Positions 49,411 to 58,803 of a DNA stretch of 64,000 nucleotides are shown piece after piece. The notes beneath the pieces were generated by a model. It was not told the DNA's origin. It was given only the letters and a program-made list of their open reading frames with translations, and searched no databases. The DNA is from Alphaproteobacteria bacterium (GTDB taxonomy: Bacteria > Pseudomonadota > Alphaproteobacteria > JBKEAR01). Where the stretch lies: assembly GCA_047973205.1 (NCBI GenBank), contig JBKEBO010000065.1, forward strand, positions 4,540 to 68,539, given 5' to 3'. The translations under genes and the position numbers were made by a program. The first letter of the stretch is position 1. The number at the start of each line of letters is the position of its first letter.

Positions 49411-50829
49411 ATGTCTGGAAAAATAGCTTCTGAAAAAACGATTACACTATCAGGAAAAATAAATCTACCTAAAGATGCACATATTTTGATAAATAAAGAC
49501 TGGGATACCAAAGCACAAATTTTATGGGCTGGAGGTAACTTTAAGGAAGCATTAAAAGTTTTAGAACAAGAGCCTATAGATAAAAAAATAGATGAGGTAT
49601 TTTATCAGCATGGTTACTATCTATTTTTACAAAGACAATATAGTCAAGCGGTAGAAGTCCTTGAAAAAGGGCATCAATTATATCCAAAGCATATAGATAT
49701 TTTACACTATTTAACCATATCTTATCTAAGAGGAGGTAACTTTAAAAAAGTTATTGATTATGGCAAAAAGCTAGCCTCTTATGTTCCTTATTTAGCTAAT
49801 GATCTTTTAGCCCATGCTTATGCGGAGCTTGAACAATATGATAAAGCAAAAGTTATGGGGAATAGATCCTTAAGAAGTAAGGACTTACGCTACAATAATA
49901 GTTTAAAGGAGGGCTGGGAGCTACCAGATGTGAGGCCATCCGTTTATACAAAAGACAAGAAGAAAGTAATCAGTTTCAGTCTTTTTGGCAATAAGATTGT
50001 TTATTTAAGGGGAGCTTTACGTAACTTATTGTTAGCAAATGATTTATATCCTGATTGGGAGTTATGGTTTTGGCTTGATGATAGCGTACCTCAGGAGTTT
50101 CAAAATCTTATTGTTAAGCTTGGGGGTGTCGTAAAAAAGCAACCTAAAGAACAAGAGATATTTCAAAAGCTTTCATGGCGTTTTTTAGTCTCAGACGATA
50201 AAGATGTTGGCTATTTTTTGGTACGAGATGTAGATGCGGTAATTAGCCTGCGAGAGGTTCAAGCAGTTGCCCAGTGGCTTGCTTCGGATAAGTATTTTCA
50301 TGTGATGCGAGATTGGTGGTCTCACACAGATTTAATTTTAGCAGGTATGTGGGGCGGGGTGGCAAATATTCTACCCAATATGGCTGAAGCTATTGAAGCT
50401 TATTGGACTTCTCTTGGTGATAGTCCCAATACGGATCAGTGGTTTTTAGGAGAAAAAGTTTGGCTGTATGTAAGAACCTCTCTTATGAGCCATGATCGTT
50501 GCTTTGATTTTATGTCATCAAGAGATTGGCCCGAATTTCCTAAAGTGACTGGAAGAGAGCATGTGGGGATGAATGAATTTGCTACAGATGAGGCAAAACA
50601 AGAGCTTATGTTAGCCCCTTGGATAAAAGAATATCCTTGTTTGCAGGCTCAAAAAGCACCAGCCAAAATACAATATTCTTTAGAAGCTTGTGTTCAAGAA
50701 AATCCAGAGCTTAAAAAATTAGGAGCTCAGAAAACTGAAACCGCAGCTAAGGAAACTAAGGCGAAGAAAGCTCCACCTAAAAAAGCTCCACCTAAGAAAA
50801 TGCGTACAAGAAAAACACGTCAGAAGTAA
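49411..50829 (+). CDS. TPR-repeat protein with a putative DxD nucleotide-sugar transferase-like domain and a Lys/Pro-rich basic C-terminal tail
   Basis: N-terminal TPR-like helices, a central region with DDSVP, RDVD and GMWGG motifs, and a KKAPPKKAPPKKMRTRKTRQK tail. AAGGAG lies 6 nt upstream of the ATG at 49411. Confidence 0.6.
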   Translation: MSGKIASEKTITLSGKINLPKDAHILINKDWDTKAQILWAGGNFKEALKVLEQEPIDKKIDEVFYQHGYYLFLQRQYSQAVEVLEKGHQLYPKHIDILHYLTISYLRGGNFKKVIDYGKKLASYVPYLANDLLAHAYAELEQYDKAKVMGNRSLRSKDLRYNNSLKEGWELPDVRPSVYTKDKKKVISFSLFGNKIVYLRGALRNLLLANDLYPDWELWFWLDDSVPQEFQNLIVKLGGVVKKQPKEQEIFQKLSWRFLVSDDKDVGYFLVRDVDAVISLREVQAVAQWLASDKYFHVMRDWWSHTDLILAGMWGGVANILPNMAEAIEAYWTSLGDSPNTDQWFLGEKVWLYVRTSLMSHDRCFDFMSSRDWPEFPKVTGREHVGMNEFATDEAKQELMLAPWIKEYPCLQAQKAPAKIQYSLEACVQENPELKKLGAQKTETAAKETKAKKAPPKKAPPKKMRTRKTRQK

Positions 50830-50867
50830 CCTAAAAACTAGCTCGTTAAGAAAGCTTTGGAAGCGAT

Positions 50868-51060
50868 TAAATTTTAGCCAAAATATAACACTATATTGCA
50901 GGTATTTTACCAATATGAGCCAATAAATGGCAAAATTTGTCCCGTTTTGACCAGCCCATCCTAACATATGTGGTGATTTTGGAGTGGCAGAATTTGGCAA
51001 TATGTAGATATTTTTGTGCAAATTTATGTCAATTTCTGGCTTTTTATGGTTTATTTGTGT
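50868..51060. repeat. Degenerate copy C of the intergenic repeat family
   Basis: Shares TGGCAAAATTTGTCC, GGCAGAATTTGGCAA and ATTTTAGCCAAAAT words with copies A and B. It again lies between convergent gene ends. Confidence 0.4.
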
Positions 51061-51090
51061 AAAAAACTGTCTCTATTATGAATATAAAAA

Positions 51091-51124
51091 TAGCCTCAAA
51101 ATTCATTGAGGCTATAAGGTTTAA
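51091..51124 (-). terminator. Rho-independent terminator of the cpdB-like gene
   Basis: tagcctcaa-aattcat-ttgaggcta 9-bp perfect stem. On the minus strand it is followed by TTTTTATATT. Confidence 0.6.
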
Positions 51125-51138
51125 TTATAAAAGAAAAG

Positions 51139-53052
51139 CTATTTGAGTTTGAGTAAAACAAAACCATTCTCTTCTTTATCTGTAGGCTCAAAAGGGCTGT
51201 ATTCGGTTAAATATTGTAAAGCCCCTTTACCTGTAGGAAAGACAACATAAGCCCCCATAAGGTTTTGAACAAATTTCCAATTGTTATCAGCTGCAGGGTT
51301 GATATCCCCTTGATCTTGAATGTAACTTGCTAAGATATTGCGATTTTCATCAGGAGCTTCAATCACAACATTAGAGCCATCTAAAGATGGGAATGTTCCG
51401 CCACCTTGAGCTCGATAATTATTGGTTGCAACAAGAAAATCTTGTTCTAAATCAATAGGTTTTCCTTGGTAAGTAACATTAATAACACGATGTTCATCGG
51501 AAACTTTATCGCCATCTTTATTGTAGCGAGCGGCTTTAGTCAAATCGATTTCATAGTTAATTCCATCAATTGTATCAAAGTTATAGCTTGGAAAATCAGG
51601 ATTGAGTAATGTCTGAATATCCTTTGTTTTGGGATTAATCTGATTAAAAGCCTGAGCCGACATTTCTAACCATTCAATCACTTGCGAGCCTTTAAGCTTA
51701 ACAACCTGTAAGGTGTTAGGATATATGTATAAATCTGAAACATTCTTAAGCTTTAATGGACCTGCAGGAATGTTGGTATAATAGTCAGCACCACCACGTC
51801 CGCCAGCTTTAAAAGGAGCTCCTGCGGAAAGAATAGGCAAGCCCTCTAGTTCCGTCCCTTTTATAATATCTTCAACATATTTTGTTTGGGCTGCGGTTAC
51901 AATTTGAATAGATGGGTCATCTTGAGCCAAGGCAAAATAGCTATAGATGGGAGATAGGGTTTTTCCGACTGCTTTATTCATGTAATCAATGGTTTCTTTA
52001 TGCTCTTCGGCAACAGACTGAACGATTTCGCTATCGGCATCCACAAGAGCAATCTTCTTACCATCATCATCTCTTTTATAGATAGGTGTTACGCTACCAC
52101 GAGATTCTTTAATACTCCATTTGCCACTATCATCTTGGGCAAGCTTAAAGTGAAGACGGCCTAAATGGCTTCCCCAAAAGCCAGGCATTGTTGCAGCTAT
52201 GCCGTTAATTGTTCCTTTGGTAATATCGACATTCGCTATATCTTTATAAGCATTAGAGGGGAATATACTATGGCTATGGCCTAAGAGAAGCCCATCAATG
52301 CCTTCTATCTGACTTAAGTAATAAGCAGCATTCTCATCCATCCCTTTAGAAGGCTTAGGATTAATACCTGTATGGGCAATAGCAATGGTAATATCAGGAT
52401 TTTGCTCAGCTATTTGCTTTAAAGTTTCTTTGGCAGCTTCATCGATATCAATAGCCTTAAGTTTTCCATTTAAGTTTTTAGCATCCCACTGCATAATTTG
52501 TGGTGGAACAAAGCCCATTATTGCAATCTTGATATTTTCTTTTTCACCATTATCATCGATAATTTCTTTGTTTAAAATAACATAAGGTTTTACAAAAGGT
52601 GTGTCATCCATGTTAAAGGTATTGCTTGAAACATAAGGAAAATTTGCTCCTTTAATGGCTTTATTTAAAAAGTCTAAACCATAGTTAAATTCATGATTGC
52701 CTAGGTTTCCCACATCATAATCTAATAAGTTCATTGCCTTAAAAACAGGATGTGTATTGCCAGCATCAAGGCCTTTAACACGAGCCATATAATCGCCTAA
52801 AGGATTACCCTGAATAAGATCGCCATTATCAACTAAAATAGTATTAGGCAGGCTTTCCCGTGCTTGACGAATAAGAGAGGCGGTTCGTGCTAGCCCTAAA
52901 GTTATGGAGGGCTTATCGGCATAATAGTCATAATCGACAATATGGGTATGAATATCTGTCGTTTCTAAAATATTGAGCTCAACTGTTTTTTCGGCTAAGG
53001 CTTGTAAGCTAGCTAAACAAATGCTTAAGGCTAGCAATGTGCGTAATGTCAT
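51139..53052 (-). CDS. Bifunctional 2',3'-cyclic-nucleotide 2'-phosphodiesterase/3'-nucleotidase (CpdB/5'-nucleotidase family), secreted
   Basis: Signal peptide, calcineurin-like metallophosphoesterase motifs (DIHTH, GNHEF) and a C-terminal 5'-nucleotidase domain, 637 aa. Confidence 0.8.
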   Translation of the reverse strand: MTLRTLLALSICLASLQALAEKTVELNILETTDIHTHIVDYDYYADKPSITLGLARTASLIRQARESLPNTILVDNGDLIQGNPLGDYMARVKGLDAGNTHPVFKAMNLLDYDVGNLGNHEFNYGLDFLNKAIKGANFPYVSSNTFNMDDTPFVKPYVILNKEIIDDNGEKENIKIAIMGFVPPQIMQWDAKNLNGKLKAIDIDEAAKETLKQIAEQNPDITIAIAHTGINPKPSKGMDENAAYYLSQIEGIDGLLLGHSHSIFPSNAYKDIANVDITKGTINGIAATMPGFWGSHLGRLHFKLAQDDSGKWSIKESRGSVTPIYKRDDDGKKIALVDADSEIVQSVAEEHKETIDYMNKAVGKTLSPIYSYFALAQDDPSIQIVTAAQTKYVEDIIKGTELEGLPILSAGAPFKAGGRGGADYYTNIPAGPLKLKNVSDLYIYPNTLQVVKLKGSQVIEWLEMSAQAFNQINPKTKDIQTLLNPDFPSYNFDTIDGINYEIDLTKAARYNKDGDKVSDEHRVINVTYQGKPIDLEQDFLVATNNYRAQGGGTFPSLDGSNVVIEAPDENRNILASYIQDQGDINPAADNNWKFVQNLMGAYVVFPTGKGALQYLTEYSPFEPTDKEENGFVLLKLK

Positions 53053-54197
53053 TTTTGTTCTCCAATATGTTTAAATAAATGAGCAACAGAAAGGCTTGTG
53101 TTAAATAGATTTTTGTCAGCTCTTTGCAGAGCCTCAGTAATATCGCATGGGCCAGGGGTAACATCAAATAGGGCAGTGAATCCTAGCTCAAGAAGTTTTT
53201 CATGGCCATCACCTAGGCTTCCTGCAATAGCAATAATTGGGGTATCGCAAGTAGCAGCAGCTTTTTGAGCTCCCATGGGTGTTTTGCCAAATTGTGTCTG
53301 AAAATCCATACGACCTTCACCTGTAATAACAAGATCAGCATCTTTTACATGGTCATTAAGGGCAACAGCATCAATAACAATATCAATACCAGGCTGAAGC
53401 TTTGCCTTAGGGAAAAAAGCACAAAAAGCACCACCCATGCCACCTGCAGCCCCTGCACCAGCAATGGACGATATATCCTTTTGGGTTTGTTTTTGGATAA
53501 TTTGAGCATAATGGCTAAGAGCATCATCCAGCTCTTTGACCATCTGTGGTGTTGCTCCTTTTTGCGGGCCAAAAACAGCAGATGCACCATGCTTGCCAAC
53601 TAAAGGATTGTTGACATCACAAGCAATATGGAAAACACAATCATTTAATCTTGGCTCAAGCTTATCAAAGCAGATTGCCTCAAGCTCTTTAAGAGCCGCA
53701 CCACCATAGGCCAAAGGTTTTTCTTGGTTATCTAAAAGCTCTAAGCCTAAGGCGCGCATCATGCCAGAACCACCGTCATTGGTTGCAGAGCCTCCAATGC
53801 CAATAATAAATTCTTTAGCCCCCATATCTAAGGCGTGAGTAATCATTTGCCCTGTACCAAAACTATCAGCAATCAAGGGGTTACGTTCTTGGGGAGGAAC
53901 AAGCGGTAAACCTGAAGCCTCAGCCATTTCAATAATAGCCAAATGTTTTTCGGGTATATAAGCATATTTGGCCTTATGAGGGCGGTGGAGTGGGTCTTTA
54001 ACTTCAACTTCTTGCCAGTAGCCACCTAAGGCATCTTTAAGGGCTTCGGCAGTCCCCTCACCACCATCAGCTAAAGGGATTGAAACAGTCTCAATATTAG
54101 GAAATACACAAGAAAATGCTTTGGCAATAATATCGGCAACTTCTTTGGCCGATAGACTTTCCTTAAAACTATCGGGTGCGATAACGATTTTTTTCAT
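53049..54197 (-). CDS. Glycerate kinase
   Basis: MKKIVIAPDSFKESLSA start typical of GlxK/GarK, 382 aa. It overlaps the cpdB start by 4 bp. Confidence 0.85.
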   Translation of the reverse strand: MKKIVIAPDSFKESLSAKEVADIIAKAFSCVFPNIETVSIPLADGGEGTAEALKDALGGYWQEVEVKDPLHRPHKAKYAYIPEKHLAIIEMAEASGLPLVPPQERNPLIADSFGTGQMITHALDMGAKEFIIGIGGSATNDGGSGMMRALGLELLDNQEKPLAYGGAALKELEAICFDKLEPRLNDCVFHIACDVNNPLVGKHGASAVFGPQKGATPQMVKELDDALSHYAQIIQKQTQKDISSIAGAGAAGGMGGAFCAFFPKAKLQPGIDIVIDAVALNDHVKDADLVITGEGRMDFQTQFGKTPMGAQKAAATCDTPIIAIAGSLGDGHEKLLELGFTALFDVTPGPCDITEALQRADKNLFNTSLSVAHLFKHIGEQK

Positions 54198-54228
54198 ATT
54201 TTTTTTAAGCCTCTTTGTTTATGAATTT

Positions 54229-55365
54229 TTATTGATTATAGTCTTTGATAATTTGACTGTAAACCTCATAGGCTTGCTTTATTTTTTGGATGTAAGCAAA
54301 TTCATTCACTTTATGGCACATAGCCGTTTCTCCTGGGCCATAAATAATGGCTGCAGGGCTAGAACAAGCCTTAAGAATAGGGCTACCATCGGTAAAAAAT
54401 GTTAAGGGAAGATGGACTTCCTCATCGGCTCCAACTTTTTTAGCCACATGAGAGACTAACTGCACAAATTCGTTAGTTTCGGGGGTATAGACACTATCGC
54501 CTGCATCAAGAATCTCATAAGAAGCATCATAATGTTTGAGTAGCTCATCAAATAACTCAATCATATCTTGGCTAGAGGTTGATGGTGTTAAGCGAATATC
54601 GAGCTTTAGCTTACATTGATCAGCCACCAAATTAATGGCAGTTCCACCTTTAATTTCACCAATGTTAAGGGTTGCCTCACCAAAATCAGGGTGATGATAA
54701 GCAACGGCTTTAAGGTCTTTTTTTAGGGTTTCAATAAACTTAATAGCGGCTTCAATGGCACTGCTTCCCTCATGGGGCATAGAGCCATGGGCTGCTTTGC
54801 CATTAAAAGTGAGTTCTGTCCAAAAGACACCCTTATGACCAATGCGAATTTGATTGCCTGTAGGCTCAGCAATAATCAAAGGACCAATAGCCTTGGGTAA
54901 AATACCATCAGCAGCCATTTTTTTTGCACCTTGGCAGGCGAGTTCTTCACAAGCCGTTAAAATACAAATACAGCCATAACCTTGCTTAATAACGTCGATA
55001 TTATTATAGATAGCCGCCAAAAAAGCAGCCACACCAGACTTCATATCACTACTACCACGACCATAAATTTTACCATCAATAATTTCAGCCGATAAAGGCT
55101 CATGCTCCCATGGGACTTCTCCTAAAGGAACAGTATCAAAATGTCCTGTAAAAGTTAAAGGAAGGGGAGAGCCTTCTTGTGATTTTTCTCCTGTAATCTT
55201 AAGAAGTAAACCGCTACGGTTATCATCAAAGATATGTTCCTGTATTTCAATATCTAAAGGCTCAAATAATGCACATATACTATCAGCAATAATCTTTTCG
55301 TTACCAGGAGGATTACAAGTATTTTGGCAAATAAAATCTTGTGTTAATTTAATGGGATCAAGCAT
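54229..55365 (-). CDS. M20 family metallopeptidase (ArgE/DapE/carboxypeptidase G2-like)
   Basis: HFDTVP, SSDMKSG and dimerisation-domain pattern, 378 aa. Confidence 0.75.
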   Translation of the reverse strand: MLDPIKLTQDFICQNTCNPPGNEKIIADSICALFEPLDIEIQEHIFDDNRSGLLLKITGEKSQEGSPLPLTFTGHFDTVPLGEVPWEHEPLSAEIIDGKIYGRGSSDMKSGVAAFLAAIYNNIDVIKQGYGCICILTACEELACQGAKKMAADGILPKAIGPLIIAEPTGNQIRIGHKGVFWTELTFNGKAAHGSMPHEGSSAIEAAIKFIETLKKDLKAVAYHHPDFGEATLNIGEIKGGTAINLVADQCKLKLDIRLTPSTSSQDMIELFDELLKHYDASYEILDAGDSVYTPETNEFVQLVSHVAKKVGADEEVHLPLTFFTDGSPILKACSSPAAIIYGPGETAMCHKVNEFAYIQKIKQAYEVYSQIIKDYNQ

Positions 55366-55515
55366 GATTCTTCCTCATATTTTTTCTTTAATATTGTGCT
55401 TAAAAATTTAAAAGAGCAAGCAAAATTTATCCTTATTTTTAAAGAATATCCAAAAATAAGAAGAAGCCTTATATAACCTTAGCTAAAATAGTAAAAATGT
55501 GAATAAAAATAATAA

Positions 55516-55546
55516 TTTAGAATGAATTTATTTTAATCATTCTAAG
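55516..55546. promoter_or_regulatory. Dyad-symmetry operator candidate upstream of the iron-uptake operon
   Basis: TTTAGAATGA-ATTTATTTTAA-TCATTCTAAG. Half-sites resemble the Irr ICE motif TTTAGAA/TTCTAAA and the Fur box ...TAATCATT.... It is about 130 bp upstream of the imelysin start. Confidence 0.35.
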
Positions 55547-55678
55547 ATAGTTAAGTTTTTTTTGAAAATAATTGAAATTAAGAGTGAGTTGCAATAGCAT
55601 AGCTATTTAATAGGAGTTATCTTTGGGGATTTTTAACTCCTAAATTTAAAAGGAACAATTAATCAAAAGGAATGAAAC

Positions 55679-56860
55679 ATGAAGTTTTTGAAATCTCTCG
55701 TTATCACAACATCACTACTTTCATCGGCTGCTTTTGCCGATAACTATGTGAGTTCATATGATAAATCAGCTGAGGTTGTTACTAATCTTACAGATAATAT
55801 CATTATGGAAAATTATAACTATATGGAGCAAGGGGCTAAGAATCTTGTTGAGACAGTAAAGGCACTACAGGCCGATACCTCAATGGCAAATTTACGTAGA
55901 GCTCAAGAAGCTTGGCGTGATTCACGTATTGGCTTTGAGATTGCAGAGGCTCACTTATTTGGGCCTGTTGTAAGCTTAGGTGTTGACCCTGCTTTAGATA
56001 GTTGGCCTCTTGATACAGAACAAATGGCGTTTTCGGCCAATATTGCTAAAGGCTTAAATGGTGATGATTTAGTTAAGTTTGTATCTTCTTTAAACGAAAA
56101 TGTAACGGGCTTTCATGCCGTAGAATATGTGCTTTTTGGTGAGGAGAATAACAAAAAACCTGAAGACTTCACAGAAGTTGAACTTGTTTACTTAGGTCAT
56201 TTAGTTGATTTGGTTAACGAGAAAGTTACAGAGCTTAAAACAGCATGGTTAGAAGATGGTGAAGAAACAGGCCCAGCTTACCTTGGTCTCATTAAAGGTA
56301 GTGTAGAGGGTAATGATATTTATGATGATACAAAATCAGCTATTGAAGAATATGTTGCAGGCATGGTAACAATTATTGACGAAGTTGGCACAGGTAAGCT
56401 TATTGATCCTATGGGAGATAGCATTTCAACGGCCAATCCAATGCTTGTTGAAAGCCAATATAGTTGGAATTCATCAACTGACTTCTTTTGGGATATTGCA
56501 GGTGTTTGGCAAGTTTGGCATGGCAACTCAGCCCTAACAGGCAGTGAAGGCCTTGGTGTTCGTGATATTATTGCAGCCACAAATGAAGAACTTGCAAAAC
56601 AAATTGATGGTGAAATCAATGATGCTTTGGGTAAGATAGTTGCTATTAGCTATAGCCAATATGATAGCGGTAGTGGAGCTTTATTTAAAAACCGTGGTGA
56701 TATTATCTCACTAGCTCAGCTTATCGATAAAGATGATCCAGAACATGCTTTCCGTACGCAAATCTCTACAGTTTCTGGTCGTAAAAGAATAGGCCAAGCT
56801 GAAGAAGCTTTAGATAAACTTTCTGGCACATTAGCCGAAGAAGTTTTACCTAAATTATAA
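55679..56860 (+). CDS. Imelysin-like periplasmic protein (peptidase M75 fold, iron-regulated protein A-like)
   Basis: Signal peptide and GFHAVEYVLFG HxxE motif. It is adjacent to a DUF1111 gene, which is the canonical pairing. Confidence 0.75.
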   Translation: MKFLKSLVITTSLLSSAAFADNYVSSYDKSAEVVTNLTDNIIMENYNYMEQGAKNLVETVKALQADTSMANLRRAQEAWRDSRIGFEIAEAHLFGPVVSLGVDPALDSWPLDTEQMAFSANIAKGLNGDDLVKFVSSLNENVTGFHAVEYVLFGEENNKKPEDFTEVELVYLGHLVDLVNEKVTELKTAWLEDGEETGPAYLGLIKGSVEGNDIYDDTKSAIEEYVAGMVTIIDEVGTGKLIDPMGDSISTANPMLVESQYSWNSSTDFFWDIAGVWQVWHGNSALTGSEGLGVRDIIAATNEELAKQIDGEINDALGKIVAISYSQYDSGSGALFKNRGDIISLAQLIDKDDPEHAFRTQISTVSGRKRIGQAEEALDKLSGTLAEEVLPKL

Positions 56861-56920
56861 TCTGAACAAAAACTATAAAATAAATAAAAGAGAACAATTA
56901 AGAGAAAAAGGGTTGAATAA

Positions 56921-58783
56921 ATGGATGTTATGAAAAAAATCGTGACGAGCTTTGTGACAATATCGGCAATATTAGTAGTTTCGGGATTTTCCTTTGCGGA
57001 AATAACGTGTTTGAAATGCCATGCTGAAGAAAATATTGAACAATTAATAGCGGAGCGAGAGATACATCCAGACTTCAACCAACTGAATGTTCCCGATTGG
57101 GCATCGGTAAAGATGCTAGCAGATGATGCAACAAATATAAATACATATAGTTCATCAAATGCTTATTCGGATCCGATGCCTAACTTAAACGACGAAGATA
57201 CAAAGCGTCATATGAATGGCGATTTGCTTTTTGAGCAAGCCTTTGTACCTTCTCCTAACAGAGATTACCTAGCCTTTTCGGGGTTGGGCCCTGTTTTTAA
57301 TGATAATTCTTGTGAAACTTGTCACCAAAAAGATGGACGCTTTGGCCTTCCTCCTATGAGGCTTGGTTTGCCAAAAGCAAAATTATCCGATAGCGGCATT
57401 TTTTACCGTATTAGTATCGAAAACGAAAATACTTATAATGGTGCAGGTGGAGCGGTACAAAAAACCGAAGAAAATTTATGGGGTTCTCCCGTTGCCGTAC
57501 CAAATTTTTCTGACCAACTCTTCCATAGAGCAGCCTCTCGGAGTGAACCTGTTCGCAATATCTTTGGTCGTCGTCATGATGAGCAAGGCCGCCTTGATGG
57601 CAAAGGTGATATGGGCAAAAAAGAGAAGCGTGGAGGAGAGGCTCACCTTAAAAAACGTGGTGGTAAGCAAAAAGAACAAAGAGGCGGTAAGGGTGGTGCT
57701 GATTGGCATTCACTCCAGTCAGGGCAAGCTGATGTATGGATTAGCTTAGAAGAAGCCAAAACCGTAACCTATGCTGACGGAACACAAATAACTCTAACAA
57801 AGCCAAAGTTATCTGTTGATAATCCTTATGATGCTCCTGATAATGGCATAGTATTTGACGAAATTGAAGTTTCTCAAGATGCAGCGTCTCGTTTGTTTAA
57901 GCCAGATGTTAAATTTTCTCCACGGATAGGTATGCCTATTTTTGGCTTAGGACTATTAGAGGCTATTAGTGAGGAAGATATTTTAAAGAATGTTAATAGC
58001 GATGTTCGTAAAAATAACGGGATTACAGGTAAGCCTAATTGGGTTTATGATGCTCGTAAACATGAGATTTGTAAAGAGCAAGGCAATTGTGAGACCAACC
58101 CACCCATATCATTAGGACGCTTTGGCTGGAAGGCTTCTCGTCCAACTGTTGAGCAGCAAACCCTAGCAGCTCTACGTGGCGATATCGGAGTAACCAACTC
58201 AGTATTTAAACAGGAAAGTATTGAAGGCACAGACCTTTGGAATGATTACTTAAGACGTAATCCTGAATTTAAAGCCGAATTTGAAAGCCGTAAAAAAACA
58301 GAAGCCGTACGCACTTATGAAGAACTTGTGGTATTTTACACGCAAACATTAGCCGTTCCTGCAAGAACTAATACACAAGATGCAGATGTGATTAAAGGGG
58401 CCCAGCTTTTTGAGGCAGCTCAATGTACGGCTTGTCATATACCATCATTTACCACAGGGACGGATCATGAGCTAGAGGTTTTCCACAATAAGACAATCTA
58501 TCCATTTAGCGATATGTTATTGCATGATATGGGGGAAGGTTTAGCCGATGGTCGCCGTGATATTGATGCCAATGGCCGTGAGTGGCGAACTCAACCTTTA
58601 TGGGGAATAGGCAAAACAAAAACCGTTAATCCTATGGCGAGTTTTTTACATGATGGCCGCGGCAAAACTTTGGAAGAAGCTATCTTATGGCATGGTGGTG
58701 AAGCCGAAACATCTAAAGAATATTTCCGTCAGCTTAGTAAAGAAGATAGAGATAGATTCATTAAATTCTTACAGTCATTATAA
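56921..58783 (+). CDS. DUF1111 family di/tri-haem c-type cytochrome (putative peroxidase / thiol oxidoreductase)
   Basis: Three CxxCH motifs (CLKCH, CETCH, CTACH), signal peptide, 620 aa, downstream of the imelysin gene. It contains a Lys/Gly/Arg-rich insertion. Confidence 0.75.
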   Translation: MDVMKKIVTSFVTISAILVVSGFSFAEITCLKCHAEENIEQLIAEREIHPDFNQLNVPDWASVKMLADDATNINTYSSSNAYSDPMPNLNDEDTKRHMNGDLLFEQAFVPSPNRDYLAFSGLGPVFNDNSCETCHQKDGRFGLPPMRLGLPKAKLSDSGIFYRISIENENTYNGAGGAVQKTEENLWGSPVAVPNFSDQLFHRAASRSEPVRNIFGRRHDEQGRLDGKGDMGKKEKRGGEAHLKKRGGKQKEQRGGKGGADWHSLQSGQADVWISLEEAKTVTYADGTQITLTKPKLSVDNPYDAPDNGIVFDEIEVSQDAASRLFKPDVKFSPRIGMPIFGLGLLEAISEEDILKNVNSDVRKNNGITGKPNWVYDARKHEICKEQGNCETNPPISLGRFGWKASRPTVEQQTLAALRGDIGVTNSVFKQESIEGTDLWNDYLRRNPEFKAEFESRKKTEAVRTYEELVVFYTQTLAVPARTNTQDADVIKGAQLFEAAQCTACHIPSFTTGTDHELEVFHNKTIYPFSDMLLHDMGEGLADGRRDIDANGREWRTQPLWGIGKTKTVNPMASFLHDGRGKTLEEAILWHGGEAETSKEYFRQLSKEDRDRFIKFLQSL

Positions 58784-58803
58784 AAAAAGAAGGAATGCAG
58801 ATA

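Noticed and set aside
57363-57749. 128-aa alternative-frame ORF inside the DUF1111 gene
   Set aside because: It is generated by the purine-rich repeat encoding the RGG insertion. It has no independent start context and lies wholly inside a well-supported CDS.
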